Origin: a virus
Virus record (IMG/VR): IMGVR_UViG_3300019776_000564
Location: 32,001-96,000 of that record
DNA length: 64,000 nt
Reading direction: 5' to 3' (one strand)
Shown: positions 1 through 8,184 of the stretch, one piece after another
Numbering within the stretch: position 1 is the first letter of the stretch
Layout: every line of letters begins with the position of its first letter
Program-made: the position numbers and the translations under genes
Notes under the pieces: model-generated
The model's input: only the letters and a program-made list of their open reading frames with translations
What the model was told of the DNA's origin: nothing
Database searches by the model: none

Positions 1-307
1 GAGTTGTTTGGTGTAGCTCTGAAAGACGGTTTGCGAGGTGTGAAAGCGTATTATGACTCAGTAGCGTAGAAATACGCTCACGGTATAGCGCTGTGAGCTT
101 CTATAACGCGTTTTGAGAGCTTTACCGCTATAAAGATGAGTCGATGTACTGCTTGTCTTGGGAAAGCGCTCAAAACGCGTTATACGAGCTTCTAGATAAG
201 CCGTGGCAAACGTCTGTCCCAGTACCTATTGCCAACAAGTGCCAATTGCAAGCGTTTACTATGATCTCAGTGAGCAGCGACACAGCTGCCGTTACTGAGA
301 GAGTGAT

Positions 308-553
308 ATGAAAACCACAGACTTCAAGGTGCTAGCGCCGGTTGCAGTGAAGGGTAAGAGCCTTCGTGAGCTTCAAAAGGCTTTCGTGGCCTATCGTGAC
401 GACAACGATCTCGGTTCTCGTGACCTGAAACGCTATGACGGCTGTGTGTATCGCAGTGGTGTGCTTGTAGGCTACTTCTCGTACAACGGTCGCTTCTGGC
501 GTAAAACGATTCACGGTCAACCACTTCACGTCACTTCGTATCACGGGAGCTAA
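308..553 (+). CDS. hypothetical early protein
   Basis: 81 aa ORF, GAGAGAG-type RBS, downstream of the repeated GCAAGCGTTTACTAT promoter-like motif. Confidence 0.7.
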   Translation: MKTTDFKVLAPVAVKGKSLRELQKAFVAYRDDNDLGSRDLKRYDGCVYRSGVLVGYFSYNGRFWRKTIHGQPLHVTSYHGS

Positions 554-557
554 CGCC

Positions 558-743
558 ATGCAAAAGTACCAAATTCGCTACACAATCGGTGACAGCGCTC
601 GCTGCCGTTACTTTGAAGGTGAATACGAAAGCGAAGGTGAAGCTATCGAAGACTGGGAAGACTACTGCGAGCGCTTCGACGACGGTGTTGATTTCATCGA
701 TTGCCGTGAATTTGCAGAAAACGGTAAAGAGTTTATCGAATGA
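558..743 (+). CDS. small acidic hypothetical protein
   Basis: 61 aa, very D/E-rich, GGGAG RBS, coupled to the next ORF by ATGA overlap. Confidence 0.7.
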   Translation: MQKYQIRYTIGDSARCRYFEGEYESEGEAIEDWEDYCERFDDGVDFIDCREFAENGKEFIE

Positions 744-1147
744 ACAAGCTTGAACTCCGGGAGTTTCTGGAAAAGAAGGCCGCTGAGTACGCCTCGCGTA
801 ACCCTATCTATACCCATGCAGAGAGCTTTGACCAAGAAAAGCGCCTCAAAGCCAAGATTGAGACCCGTAAGAAGCCTGCAAACCTCACACAAGACGGTTA
901 TGTGGTGTATCTGAACGAGCTTAAAGTCGGCACTCACAAGACAGAGGTTAAGCCTTCAGAAGACTTGTGGGACGTAGAAATGCCCCGTTATGAGGTTCGC
1001 TACAAAGAAAGGGGTAGTACGGTAATCAAGAGATGGCGCTGCTATGCCCAAGATGCAGACGAAGCCATTGAAGACTTCAAGCACCTGTACAAGAAAACAA
1101 GCGTGGTGAAAGCTTGGATCATCGAGGCTATTAAAATTAGCGAATAG
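740..1147 (+). CDS. hypothetical protein
   Basis: 135 aa ORF overlapping the previous stop, followed by a terminator. Confidence 0.7.
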   Translation: MNKLELREFLEKKAAEYASRNPIYTHAESFDQEKRLKAKIETRKKPANLTQDGYVVYLNELKVGTHKTEVKPSEDLWDVEMPRYEVRYKERGSTVIKRWRCYAQDADEAIEDFKHLYKKTSVVKAWIIEAIKISE

Positions 1148-1155
1148 CCATAAAC

Positions 1156-1189
1156 AAAAAAGCCACTTCTTGTTAGAAGTGGCTTTGTT
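1156..1189 (+). terminator. intrinsic terminator (possibly bidirectional)
   Basis: AGCCACTTCT-tgtt-AGAAGTGGCT hairpin with A-run before and T-rich tail. Confidence 0.75.
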
Positions 1190-1336
1190 CGTCGGGTATA
1201 GGCATAGCCTATACCCTAGAACGGTAGATTGTCAAGAGCCGCGGCATAGGTTTGTTTACCAACATATGCCAATAGCAAGCGTTTACTATAACAACAGATC
1301 GAAGCAAACGACTTCGACAGTAGAGAGAGCTTTACC

Positions 1337-1600
1337 ATGATTGATTCCCAGATTCTCGCCGGATTATCCGAAGAGCACCGTGAGCGTGTTCTGAACATGA
1401 ACCGTGTAACACCGTTCTTGATGATGTGTGAAGCTGTAGGTTCAGAGGCTCTACCGTCGCAGATTGCTCGCCTCGAAGAATCTGCCAAGAAAATGTTTGC
1501 ACCTGAGTATCGCTTCTATGCTCACCGCGCTGCCGAACTTTGCGGCATCAAGCTGAACCTCGAACGCACCGAAACTGATAATGACGGTATCCCACTATGA
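1337..1600 (+). CDS. hypothetical protein
   Basis: 87 aa ORF after a second copy of the GCAAGCGTTTACTAT motif and an AGAGAGAG RBS. Confidence 0.7.
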   Translation: MIDSQILAGLSEEHRERVLNMNRVTPFLMMCEAVGSEALPSQIARLEESAKKMFAPEYRFYAHRAAELCGIKLNLERTETDNDGIPL

Positions 1601-1815
1601 TCGCCACAGCAGTTGTTCAGAAAACCGTGTTTCTCGTAATCATGGCCTGCACAGGCATGAGAGATACAGCCTGTGATGATTCTGTCTATGCCGAATCTTG
1701 GTATGGCCCAGAAAGCAAAGAAGAGTGCGAAACCTTTATCCACCGTAAAGAGTTCGACCCCAGTGACTACCTTACTCTGGGTAATCATGAATACTACGCA
1801 GTGAGGTGCGAGTGA
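1597..1815 (+). CDS. hypothetical protein
   Basis: 72 aa ORF, ATGA-coupled. Confidence 0.55.
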   Translation: MIATAVVQKTVFLVIMACTGMRDTACDDSVYAESWYGPESKEECETFIHRKEFDPSDYLTLGNHEYYAVRCE

Positions 1816-2042
1816 TGAACAACTACGGCTATGAAGTGAAATACTGGGATGCAAACGGGAATCTTCTCTGTGTAGAGGTAGTCGTAGCTGCACCCGAAGA
1901 CTGGCGCTATGCAGAGCGCATGGTTCTAGAGCAGTCTCATGTGACCACTGTAGAAAGCTCTGTGTTCCTGGGCATGACCGACACTGCACCCGGCATTCAA
2001 GAATCAACCGTTCTTGTACTGAGAGAAGCAGAGCCAGAGTAA
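1815..2042 (+). CDS. hypothetical protein
   Basis: ORF, likely start ATG 1815 (TGATG coupling) with GAGG upstream. Confidence 0.6.
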   Translation: MNNYGYEVKYWDANGNLLCVEVVVAAPEDWRYAERMVLEQSHVTTVESSVFLGMTDTAPGIQESTVLVLREAEPE

Positions 2043-2309
2043 TCTGGCTTTTAAACACAGCCGTGCCGCGGCAAACCTATAGTAGAGGTAGTCCACGGTC
2101 TATAGGCACTAGGCATGACGGTCCATGGACTCCCGGCACACAGGTCATGCGTGTATGGTTCTCTTAAGCCGTTCTAAGAGGTTTACCGCGGCGCGTCCTT
2201 GGGCCGACCCGGGTTAGTCTTCTAAACGCCTCCTAGTGCCTCTCTGAGAGCTTTAAACTGCTTGTATAGCAGCGTCAGACTGCTACCAGACATTGAGAGA
2301 GGCTCCACC

Positions 2310-2600
2310 ATGAAATTGATCTGCAACGGGTTCAAAACCACTGGTACAGACAGTGAAGACCATATCTACTTCTTCAAAGCCACTTTCAGCGGTGAAGACC
2401 TGTTTTTCGAGCTGACCAACAGTGAAATCGCCGAAATCACTGATGACGGTGATTACCAGCTCCCACCACGCTTCGATTTTGGTTTCCGTGAACCTATGAT
2501 CTGCCAGCTTCTTCACTGGATGCATACCGTCTACTGGAAAGACGAAGACGGGATTCTCGAAGGTTGCACCATCGAAATGACTCGACCAGAAGGTGTCTAA
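2310..2600 (+). CDS. hypothetical acidic protein
   Basis: ATG at 2310 after GAGAGAGG; followed by hairpin terminator 2607-2630. Confidence 0.65.
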   Translation: MKLICNGFKTTGTDSEDHIYFFKATFSGEDLFFELTNSEIAEITDDGDYQLPPRFDFGFREPMICQLLHWMHTVYWKDEDGILEGCTIEMTRPEGV

Positions 2601-2761
2601 CCAGAGCAGCCCGGTTACACCGGGCTTTCTTAGCTATCTCAGAGCCGCGGTAAGCCGATCTCAGCCAATATCAACCTTGGTCCAAAAAAGGCTATAGGTG
2701 CCGAATATAGGTATAAGGCGGGCTTTGGACATATGTGGTGTAGTCCCGCGGCGCTCTCAAA

Positions 2762-2979
2762 TGAGAATCATTCTCAGGGGCGCTGCGAATCGTTCTCATT
2801 CGCGACCGCGGTTGAGACGCATTCTCAAATGCAAATGATTCTCATTCTCAAATACGAATGATTCTCATTTCACTCAAATGAGACGCATTCTCAAATGCAA
2901 ATGATTCTCATTTTCAGACAATAATCGTTCTCATTCTCAAACAAGAATTTATCTAATTCTCAAGTGCGAATGATTCTCA
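2762..2979. repeat. array of ~9 Fur-box-like 7-1-7 palindromes (TGAGAATnATTCTCA type)
   Basis: perfect TGAGAATcATTCTCA at 2762-2776; variants at 2784, 2813, 2830, 2853, 2879, 2896, 2919, 2965; 34-bp exact direct repeat 2813-2846 = 2879-2912. Confidence 0.85.
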
Positions 2980-3098
2980 ACACCTGTCTTCTCTTATTAC
3001 ATGCGCACGCGCGCAAGTAGCACAGCAAATTAGAATGAGCAAGAATTTTTTAGTTATATGCTTATGCTTTTCCGATCTATCAAATATCTAATAATCGC

Positions 3099-3126
3099 TT
3101 GCATCAAAATCTAGTTAGTCTAATAT
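3099..3126 (+). promoter_or_regulatory. sigma70-like promoter for the island operon
   Basis: TTGCAT-16 nt-TAATAT with an AT-rich upstream region. Confidence 0.5.
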
Positions 3127-3206
3127 TCAACTCAAGCGACGCAACAACGCGACGCTAACGAAGTAGCTCAATAACGAAGCTACTCACTTCTAGAGAGAGA
3201 TATAAA

Positions 3207-3761
3207 ATGACTCAAGTTAACGCTAAAGCTGTAGCTAACAAAGAAGCTTTTGAAGTTGTTGCAGCTGAGTTTGCTGCAACTAAAGAGCAAGCAAGTGCGC
3301 AAGCTGCTCAAGCTCAAAACGACGAAGAGCGTAAAGCGTTTGCAGATGCTGCTAAAACAGCGTCTACACACGAACGCTACACTAACGCACTTGCTAACAT
3401 GAGCGAAAAAGCGCTCGCAAGTTTGAACAAGTACAAAATCAACGCTACTGAACTTGCTAAACAATCGCGTGAACTGAAAAAGCGCTCTATTGCGATCATC
3501 GAAGCGATTGTAACTAAGCAACGCGTTAACGATCGCGCACTTGACGCAGTGTTACAGTACATCGTCGCTAAAGACGCTGCGAGCATGACGCTTGAGCAAG
3601 TGCGCACGCAAATGCAGCACGAAACTACTACGCAAGCGCAATACTTCAAAACTTGCGCAATCTTTTTCAACTTCGCGCAGTACTCTAAGTCTGAAAAGAC
3701 TATCAACTTCAACAAAGACGCTACTGTCTTGAAAGAGTTGATCGCGATCTACACTGTGTAA
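3207..3761 (+). CDS. Ala/Lys-rich helical protein lacking Gly/Pro/Trp (island gene 1)
   Basis: 184 aa, codon usage typical of highly expressed genes (GCT, AAC, CGT), RBS AGAGAGAGA. Confidence 0.85.
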   Translation: MTQVNAKAVANKEAFEVVAAEFAATKEQASAQAAQAQNDEERKAFADAAKTASTHERYTNALANMSEKALASLNKYKINATELAKQSRELKKRSIAIIEAIVTKQRVNDRALDAVLQYIVAKDAASMTLEQVRTQMQHETTTQAQYFKTCAIFFNFAQYSKSEKTINFNKDATVLKELIAIYTV

Positions 3762-3771
3762 CAGTGTGCGC

Positions 3772-3808
3772 AAGCGCTCTAGAACGTCTCTAGAGCGCTT
3801 TTCTTTTC
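3772..3808 (+). terminator. intrinsic terminator built without GG/CC
   Basis: AAGCGCTCTAGA-acgtc-TCTAGAGCGCTT followed by TTCTTTTC. Confidence 0.75.
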
Positions 3809-3829
3809 TAGTCTGAGTGAGACAACGCA

Positions 3830-4129
3830 ATGAACAAGCAAATCGCTGTAAACGCGCTACAGAGCGCTACAGAGCAAGCGCTGCTAGACGTGCAAGCTAG
3901 CGTGCTGCATATGCTACAGAATCGTAGTGCTGAGACGTACTATCAGCACGCACAAGCGCTGCGACATACGCTCACATACGCTAGCACTGAGTATGTGTTT
4001 AACGCTGTTAAACGACACGTGCAGCGCACTACAGCGCAACGTGTGAGCATGAAGCAAAGTATCAGTGTATTGCGCAGTGATATACGCGCTGCTATGCGTG
4101 CAGATAAGTATTCATTGTTTGCACACTAA
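3830..4129 (+). CDS. hypothetical protein lacking Gly/Pro/Trp (island gene 2)
   Basis: 99 aa ORF, GAGTGAG upstream. Confidence 0.7.
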   Translation: MNKQIAVNALQSATEQALLDVQASVLHMLQNRSAETYYQHAQALRHTLTYASTEYVFNAVKRHVQRTTAQRVSMKQSISVLRSDIRAAMRADKYSLFAH

Positions 4130-4164
4130 GTTATTTAAACTTTTCTCTTCTTACTTGTGAGTAT

Positions 4165-4497
4165 ATGCAAATGACTAAAGTATCGTTCTCTAACGTTATC
4201 GCTGACGCTTTCAGCGCTGAACAAATGCAAGATATCAGCAAAGCAGACTATAACAATCTGCTTTCTATTCTCGACATAAAGTCAAAGTATATCGAGTTTG
4301 TTAATAACGCTGAGTGCATGCACTTGCTTATTGTGCATGATGCGCGCAATAACAAGTATGAAATTGTTAGTGTGTATATCAGCGCTAACTTAGAGCATTA
4401 TCAAGTAACGTTAGTTGATACTTGCGATACACTGTCAGACGCATATAACGAACTGCATAATTCGTTGCAACTTCTACTCAGTGAGTGCGACAACTAA
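4165..4497 (+). CDS. acidic hypothetical protein lacking Gly/Pro/Trp (island gene 3)
   Basis: 110 aa ORF, GTGAG upstream. Confidence 0.7.
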   Translation: MQMTKVSFSNVIADAFSAEQMQDISKADYNNLLSILDIKSKYIEFVNNAECMHLLIVHDARNNKYEIVSVYISANLEHYQVTLVDTCDTLSDAYNELHNSLQLLLSECDN

Positions 4498-4505
4498 GTT
4501 AGTTG

Positions 4506-4555
4506 CTTACTTACACTTTTCTAAGTTGTCAAAGTCTTAGAAAAGTGTAAGTAAG
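4506..4555. repeat. perfect 20-bp inverted repeat
   Basis: CTTACTTACACTTTTCTAAG-10 nt-CTTAGAAAAGTGTAAGTAAG. Confidence 0.9.
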
Positions 4556-4599
4556 ACGTGACCCTACTCCCTTCTAAATCCCGGATACCTGCACTCTAA

Positions 4600-4684
4600 C
4601 CTTACACAGGTAGGTAGGAAGTTCCCACACGCTCTCCTTACACAGGTAGGAACAGGTTCACAATACAATCCCTTACACAGGTAG
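4600..4684. repeat. three phased 14-bp direct repeats CCTTACACAGGTAG
   Basis: copies start at 4600, 4636 and 4671 (period 36/35 bp). Confidence 0.9.
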
Positions 4685-4779
4685 CCTTACGCTCCCAACG
4701 TCTTACGCACATACTTGATAAACAGTCAGCGCTGATAAGCAGCTAAGCACTTAACCACTAAACACTTAAGGAGTTACCC

Positions 4780-5466
4780 ATGACAGCAAAGTCCAATAAT
4801 CCAAACCAACCCGGTTCCGTGCCGCCTGCGGCGGACGCAACCTGGCTATCCAAGCTGTTTGACAGAATCAACAAGAGGCTTAACCTTTCTTCGTGCCCAG
4901 AAGACCTTGCTGCTTTCTTTGAGCAAATTAACCAAGAAGCGGAAGACCTTAAAATCCAGGAGTTCAATGAGATTTACCTGCACAAGTACGTGATGTTTAT
5001 CGCGCCTATTAAAAATCAGCGGTTAACCGGGATTGTTAACAAGATTGAGCACGCTGAAAGCGGTGTGACGTTCACTATTAACCGTGTTGTGTTGATCGCT
5101 GGTGAGCTTCTGGAAACAAACGAGGTGTTTGACAACGTACCTCTGACGGCAAGCTTTGCCGTATTCAGGAACAAAGAAAGCTGCATCAACGACATCAAAG
5201 AGACGAACAGAGCCAGAGCCAAAGCGAAAGCTGTTAGGCAAGAGGTTGAAGAGCGTCTTAAAAACGACCAAGAAATAGAGCGCAGGAAAGAAATCAAAAA
5301 GATCGCAGAGCAGATCTTGGTACAGCGTGCAGCTAACGGTGAGATTTGGGCAGTGTTTGACAATGCAGACGTTAAGGCAGTGTTTAGACAGGCAGAGAGT
5401 ATTGTTGATGGTCTTAAGAGCCTAGACCCAAGTAAACAAGACAGCGAAAACACCGACACCCGGTGA
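4780..5466 (+). CDS. hypothetical protein
   Basis: 228 aa, AAGGAG RBS, terminator at 5491-5520. Confidence 0.8.
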   Translation: MTAKSNNPNQPGSVPPAADATWLSKLFDRINKRLNLSSCPEDLAAFFEQINQEAEDLKIQEFNEIYLHKYVMFIAPIKNQRLTGIVNKIEHAESGVTFTINRVVLIAGELLETNEVFDNVPLTASFAVFRNKESCINDIKETNRARAKAKAVRQEVEERLKNDQEIERRKEIKKIAEQILVQRAANGEIWAVFDNADVKAVFRQAESIVDGLKSLDPSKQDSENTDTR

Positions 5467-5615
5467 AATGTAAGTCTCTTTCCGCTTAATAAAAGCCCAG
5501 ACCATGAATCTGGGCTTTTATTTGGCAGTCTGTACTTGCCATAGATGCAAGCGTTTAATAGACAACTAGAAACGACGCACGCTCTTTAACAGACAAAGCA
5601 GTTGATAGATAGGTA

Positions 5616-5960
5616 TTGGAGATGACTTCTATTGGAGATGTTTGGGGAGCTAAAGAAGAGCCTATAACGGTAAACGTTACCAATACTGGAGACAGCAACC
5701 CGGCAGTTGAAAGGTTTGTTGCAGACATCATGGAAGAGAAAGCTAGGCTTCTGAAAAGAATAGACGCCTTCTTTATAAATGGGCAACACGAACTGATGAG
5801 CCGCGAAATGATGCTCTACGTCATGGACGTAGGCTCAAATGACCTTGATCTTATGATTGTTGGCAATATCGAGGACATCTCGCTGACCGTCATGCGTAGA
5901 GCGGTTTACAGGCTTAACAGATTTGAAAACGAAAGGAAGATTACCTTAAGTGTCCTATAG
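5616..5960 (+). CDS. hypothetical protein
   Basis: 114 aa ORF after a GCAAGCGTTTA motif; start uncertain. Confidence 0.65.
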   Translation: MEMTSIGDVWGAKEEPITVNVTNTGDSNPAVERFVADIMEEKARLLKRIDAFFINGQHELMSREMMLYVMDVGSNDLDLMIVGNIEDISLTVMRRAVYRLNRFENERKITLSVL

Positions 5961-6171
5961 TGCGATTGAGAGTCAGGCGAGAGAGCGAAAGCTTCAAAAG
6001 ATGGAAGATTTCGAGCGTGATGCCTTGAACATTGGTGTTATCAACCAGTGTGAGTGTCACCGTAACCCGGAAGATGAAACGAAGTGGTCTATGGTTCACA
6101 TGGATCGCTTGTACAGGCTTTGGCAAGCAGGAGCGAGATACGGACAGGATCAATTGAACACTTCTAAGTAG
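5950..6171 (+). CDS. hypothetical protein
   Basis: 73 aa ORF in a tightly packed operon. Confidence 0.55.
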   Translation: MSYSAIESQARERKLQKMEDFERDALNIGVINQCECHRNPEDETKWSMVHMDRLYRLWQAGARYGQDQLNTSK

Positions 6172-6181
6172 GCGATAACCC

Positions 6182-6409
6182 ATGAACAGCGACAGCGGTT
6201 TAGATGAAAGACAGGTAAAGCCAGCACGTCTACAGTGCCTCTTTGAGCACTGTTATCTAAACACGATTAAGCACACGCCGGACTTTGCAAAAGATGAGGC
6301 CGGCAATTACATCAACCAAGAAATGCAGGATCACTATGAGCTATGGCTTAGCGGACATTGCCAGGGTGTAGTCGATCATGCTGTTTATACCGGAGAAGTG
6401 AAGCTGTGA
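6182..6409 (+). CDS. hypothetical protein
   Basis: 75 aa ORF. Confidence 0.6.
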   Translation: MNSDSGLDERQVKPARLQCLFEHCYLNTIKHTPDFAKDEAGNYINQEMQDHYELWLSGHCQGVVDHAVYTGEVKL

Positions 6410-6927
6410 CCGAAGTTAAAACAGATTGCCGTAGTTTTGATGGAATAACCGTAGGGCTGATCGACAGCATTATTACCGCAGCCCGGGTGTTGGTAGATCG
6501 TCCGCAGTGCGCCGATAGCGTACAGGAGGCGCTGAAAGACCTGCGTAGTGATACCGACGTTCGCTACCTTCTGTTGCAGGAGAACACGGATCAGAAGAAA
6601 AGCGAAAGCGCCTTTTATCTGAACCAGTTCTATAAGCGAATGTGCGCCGCGCTTGATCTGGAAGATGACCCTGTTGTCACAAGCTGGCACGAAATCATCG
6701 GGCGAGCGGAAATCAGACTGCTTCGAGCCAAAGAAAAACCCCAGTACCCGATCATTCATCGTCACGACACTATTCAGGGAATGGTGATCCAGTACGACGA
6801 GAACGTCTTTATCTGGCATACGCTGCCAACGAAGACCCGCAAAGCAGAGCAGCGCGTTGCCAGCAGTCTGAAGAAAGCTTGGGCATATCGCGCTAGCCAT
6901 CTTCGTGTAGTGAAGGAGGTGGTATGA
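6406..6927 (+). CDS. hypothetical protein
   Basis: likely GTG start at 6406 (GTGA coupling). Confidence 0.65.
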   Translation: MTEVKTDCRSFDGITVGLIDSIITAARVLVDRPQCADSVQEALKDLRSDTDVRYLLLQENTDQKKSESAFYLNQFYKRMCAALDLEDDPVVTSWHEIIGRAEIRLLRAKEKPQYPIIHRHDTIQGMVIQYDENVFIWHTLPTKTRKAEQRVASSLKKAWAYRASHLRVVKEVV

Positions 6928-7289
6928 AAAAGCTCACCGTGAAGGAGCAGATGGCTTACTCGACAATTGCACAGCTTGAGGGGAAAGTTGCAACACTCAA
7001 GAATGTCTTATCCAGCGAACTGCACCGATACAACCAGGCCAGTGACACCATCAACTATCAGGCTGCGCAGATCGAGAAGCTGGAAGAGCGGCTGAATAAG
7101 CTTCAGGCTGATGCAGATCGCTATCAGTTCCTCAAAGATCACTGCGGCGAAGTAGACTACGATGGCGGTTACACTCTGTTCTATCGGTTCCCGCAACTGA
7201 ATCGTGAACTCGACGACAAGAGTCTGCCGATTGATCACCGCTACTTCACCAATATCGACGCCTGCGTCGATCACCACAGGAATAAATAA
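6924..7289 (+). CDS. hypothetical coiled-coil protein
   Basis: 121 aa, GGAGG RBS, heptad-like N-terminal half, DADRYQFLK motif common in small phage proteins. Confidence 0.7.
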   Translation: MKKLTVKEQMAYSTIAQLEGKVATLKNVLSSELHRYNQASDTINYQAAQIEKLEERLNKLQADADRYQFLKDHCGEVDYDGGYTLFYRFPQLNRELDDKSLPIDHRYFTNIDACVDHHRNK

Positions 7290-7573
7290 TGAAGCTGTCA
7301 GAACTGAAACTGCTGGTCGACAAAGCGACTGAACGAGCTAACAAATTTGGCTTTGATCCGTTGGTCTGCACTGTGGACTTCCGCATGGGACAGACTCGGG
7401 CTAACGAATCCGGCCCGGGTGAAGAACTTCGCCACGTCAACGAAGCATGGTTGATCGAAATGCGTAGTCTGGAGCCTAGTTGCTCTAGCCTTGAGTTCGT
7501 TGCTCGCGAGGGTATGTTCGCCAATCACCCGATCTTCTACATTACTGCCGACGACACAACGGGGATTCTCTGA
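7289..7573 (+). CDS. hypothetical protein
   Basis: 94 aa, TAATG coupling. Confidence 0.65.
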   Translation: MKLSELKLLVDKATERANKFGFDPLVCTVDFRMGQTRANESGPGEELRHVNEAWLIEMRSLEPSCSSLEFVAREGMFANHPIFYITADDTTGIL

Positions 7574-8067
7574 TGCCACAAATTTTTATCCCGCCATTGG
7601 GCACTGTTATCAAACTCACCGAAGACTGGCACTTCAGCCTGTACAACGAGGGCCGGAACGAGAAGCTCCAGCAGATTACGGGCCTTTTACCACCATTTCG
7701 CGCGCTCACTGGTGGCCTGTACGAATGGCGTCAACTGAGCCTTGCTGAGCGCCGCAAACGTATCGACGAATCGGTTTGGACGCATGTGCCGGTCTGGGAC
7801 AAGGAAAGAACTGATCTCTGGGGTGGCGATTGGCATACGCCGTTTGTGTTCCGTGCCGAAACCGAGCTAAAGATCGACCGCATCTACATCCGGCAGGGTC
7901 AGAGCGATTACGACAGCGTTAGTTTCCGTACCGACTGCTGGGTGTCTAACATCGGAGATCCTTTGTTCACCAAGAAGTACGTGAACGGTCGCAAGATCAA
8001 GAGCCTGCGGTTTTGGGCGAAATTGGAAGACGTGAACAAGATAGTTGGCAACATTATTGCCCGATAA
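7573..8067 (+). CDS. conserved-looking phage hypothetical protein
   Basis: 164 aa, TGATG coupling, terminator at 8072-8111. Confidence 0.75.
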   Translation: MPQIFIPPLGTVIKLTEDWHFSLYNEGRNEKLQQITGLLPPFRALTGGLYEWRQLSLAERRKRIDESVWTHVPVWDKERTDLWGGDWHTPFVFRAETELKIDRIYIRQGQSDYDSVSFRTDCWVSNIGDPLFTKKYVNGRKIKSLRFWAKLEDVNKIVGNIIAR

Positions 8068-8184
8068 GCTAAAAAGCCCTTGAATTGTCATACGGCAGTC
8101 AAGGGCTTTTTGTTGGCTAACTTGAAAAATCTAGTAAACTCTTGCATACTTTACACATAACAGACGTACAGCGAGACACGAATA

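Larger units (their letters stand above)
3073..4562. other. GG/CC-dinucleotide-free island
   Basis: line-by-line reading finds no GG or CC between the CC at 3072-3073 and the CC at 4562-4563. Confidence 0.9.

Noticed and set aside
2762-2979. CRISPR array or coding repeat
   Set aside because: Units are irregularly spaced, overlapping palindromes with no unique spacers and no ORF.
3073-4562. sequencing artefact (homopolymer collapse) as the cause of GG/CC absence
   Set aside because: AA/TT runs are intact, three ORFs stay open with plausible codon usage, and the hairpins remain perfectly paired. Read-level confirmation is still advisable.
4600-4684. mini CRISPR array
   Set aside because: Repeats are only 14 bp with ~21-bp spacers, non-palindromic, three copies, and there are no cas genes; an operator/iteron reading fits better.
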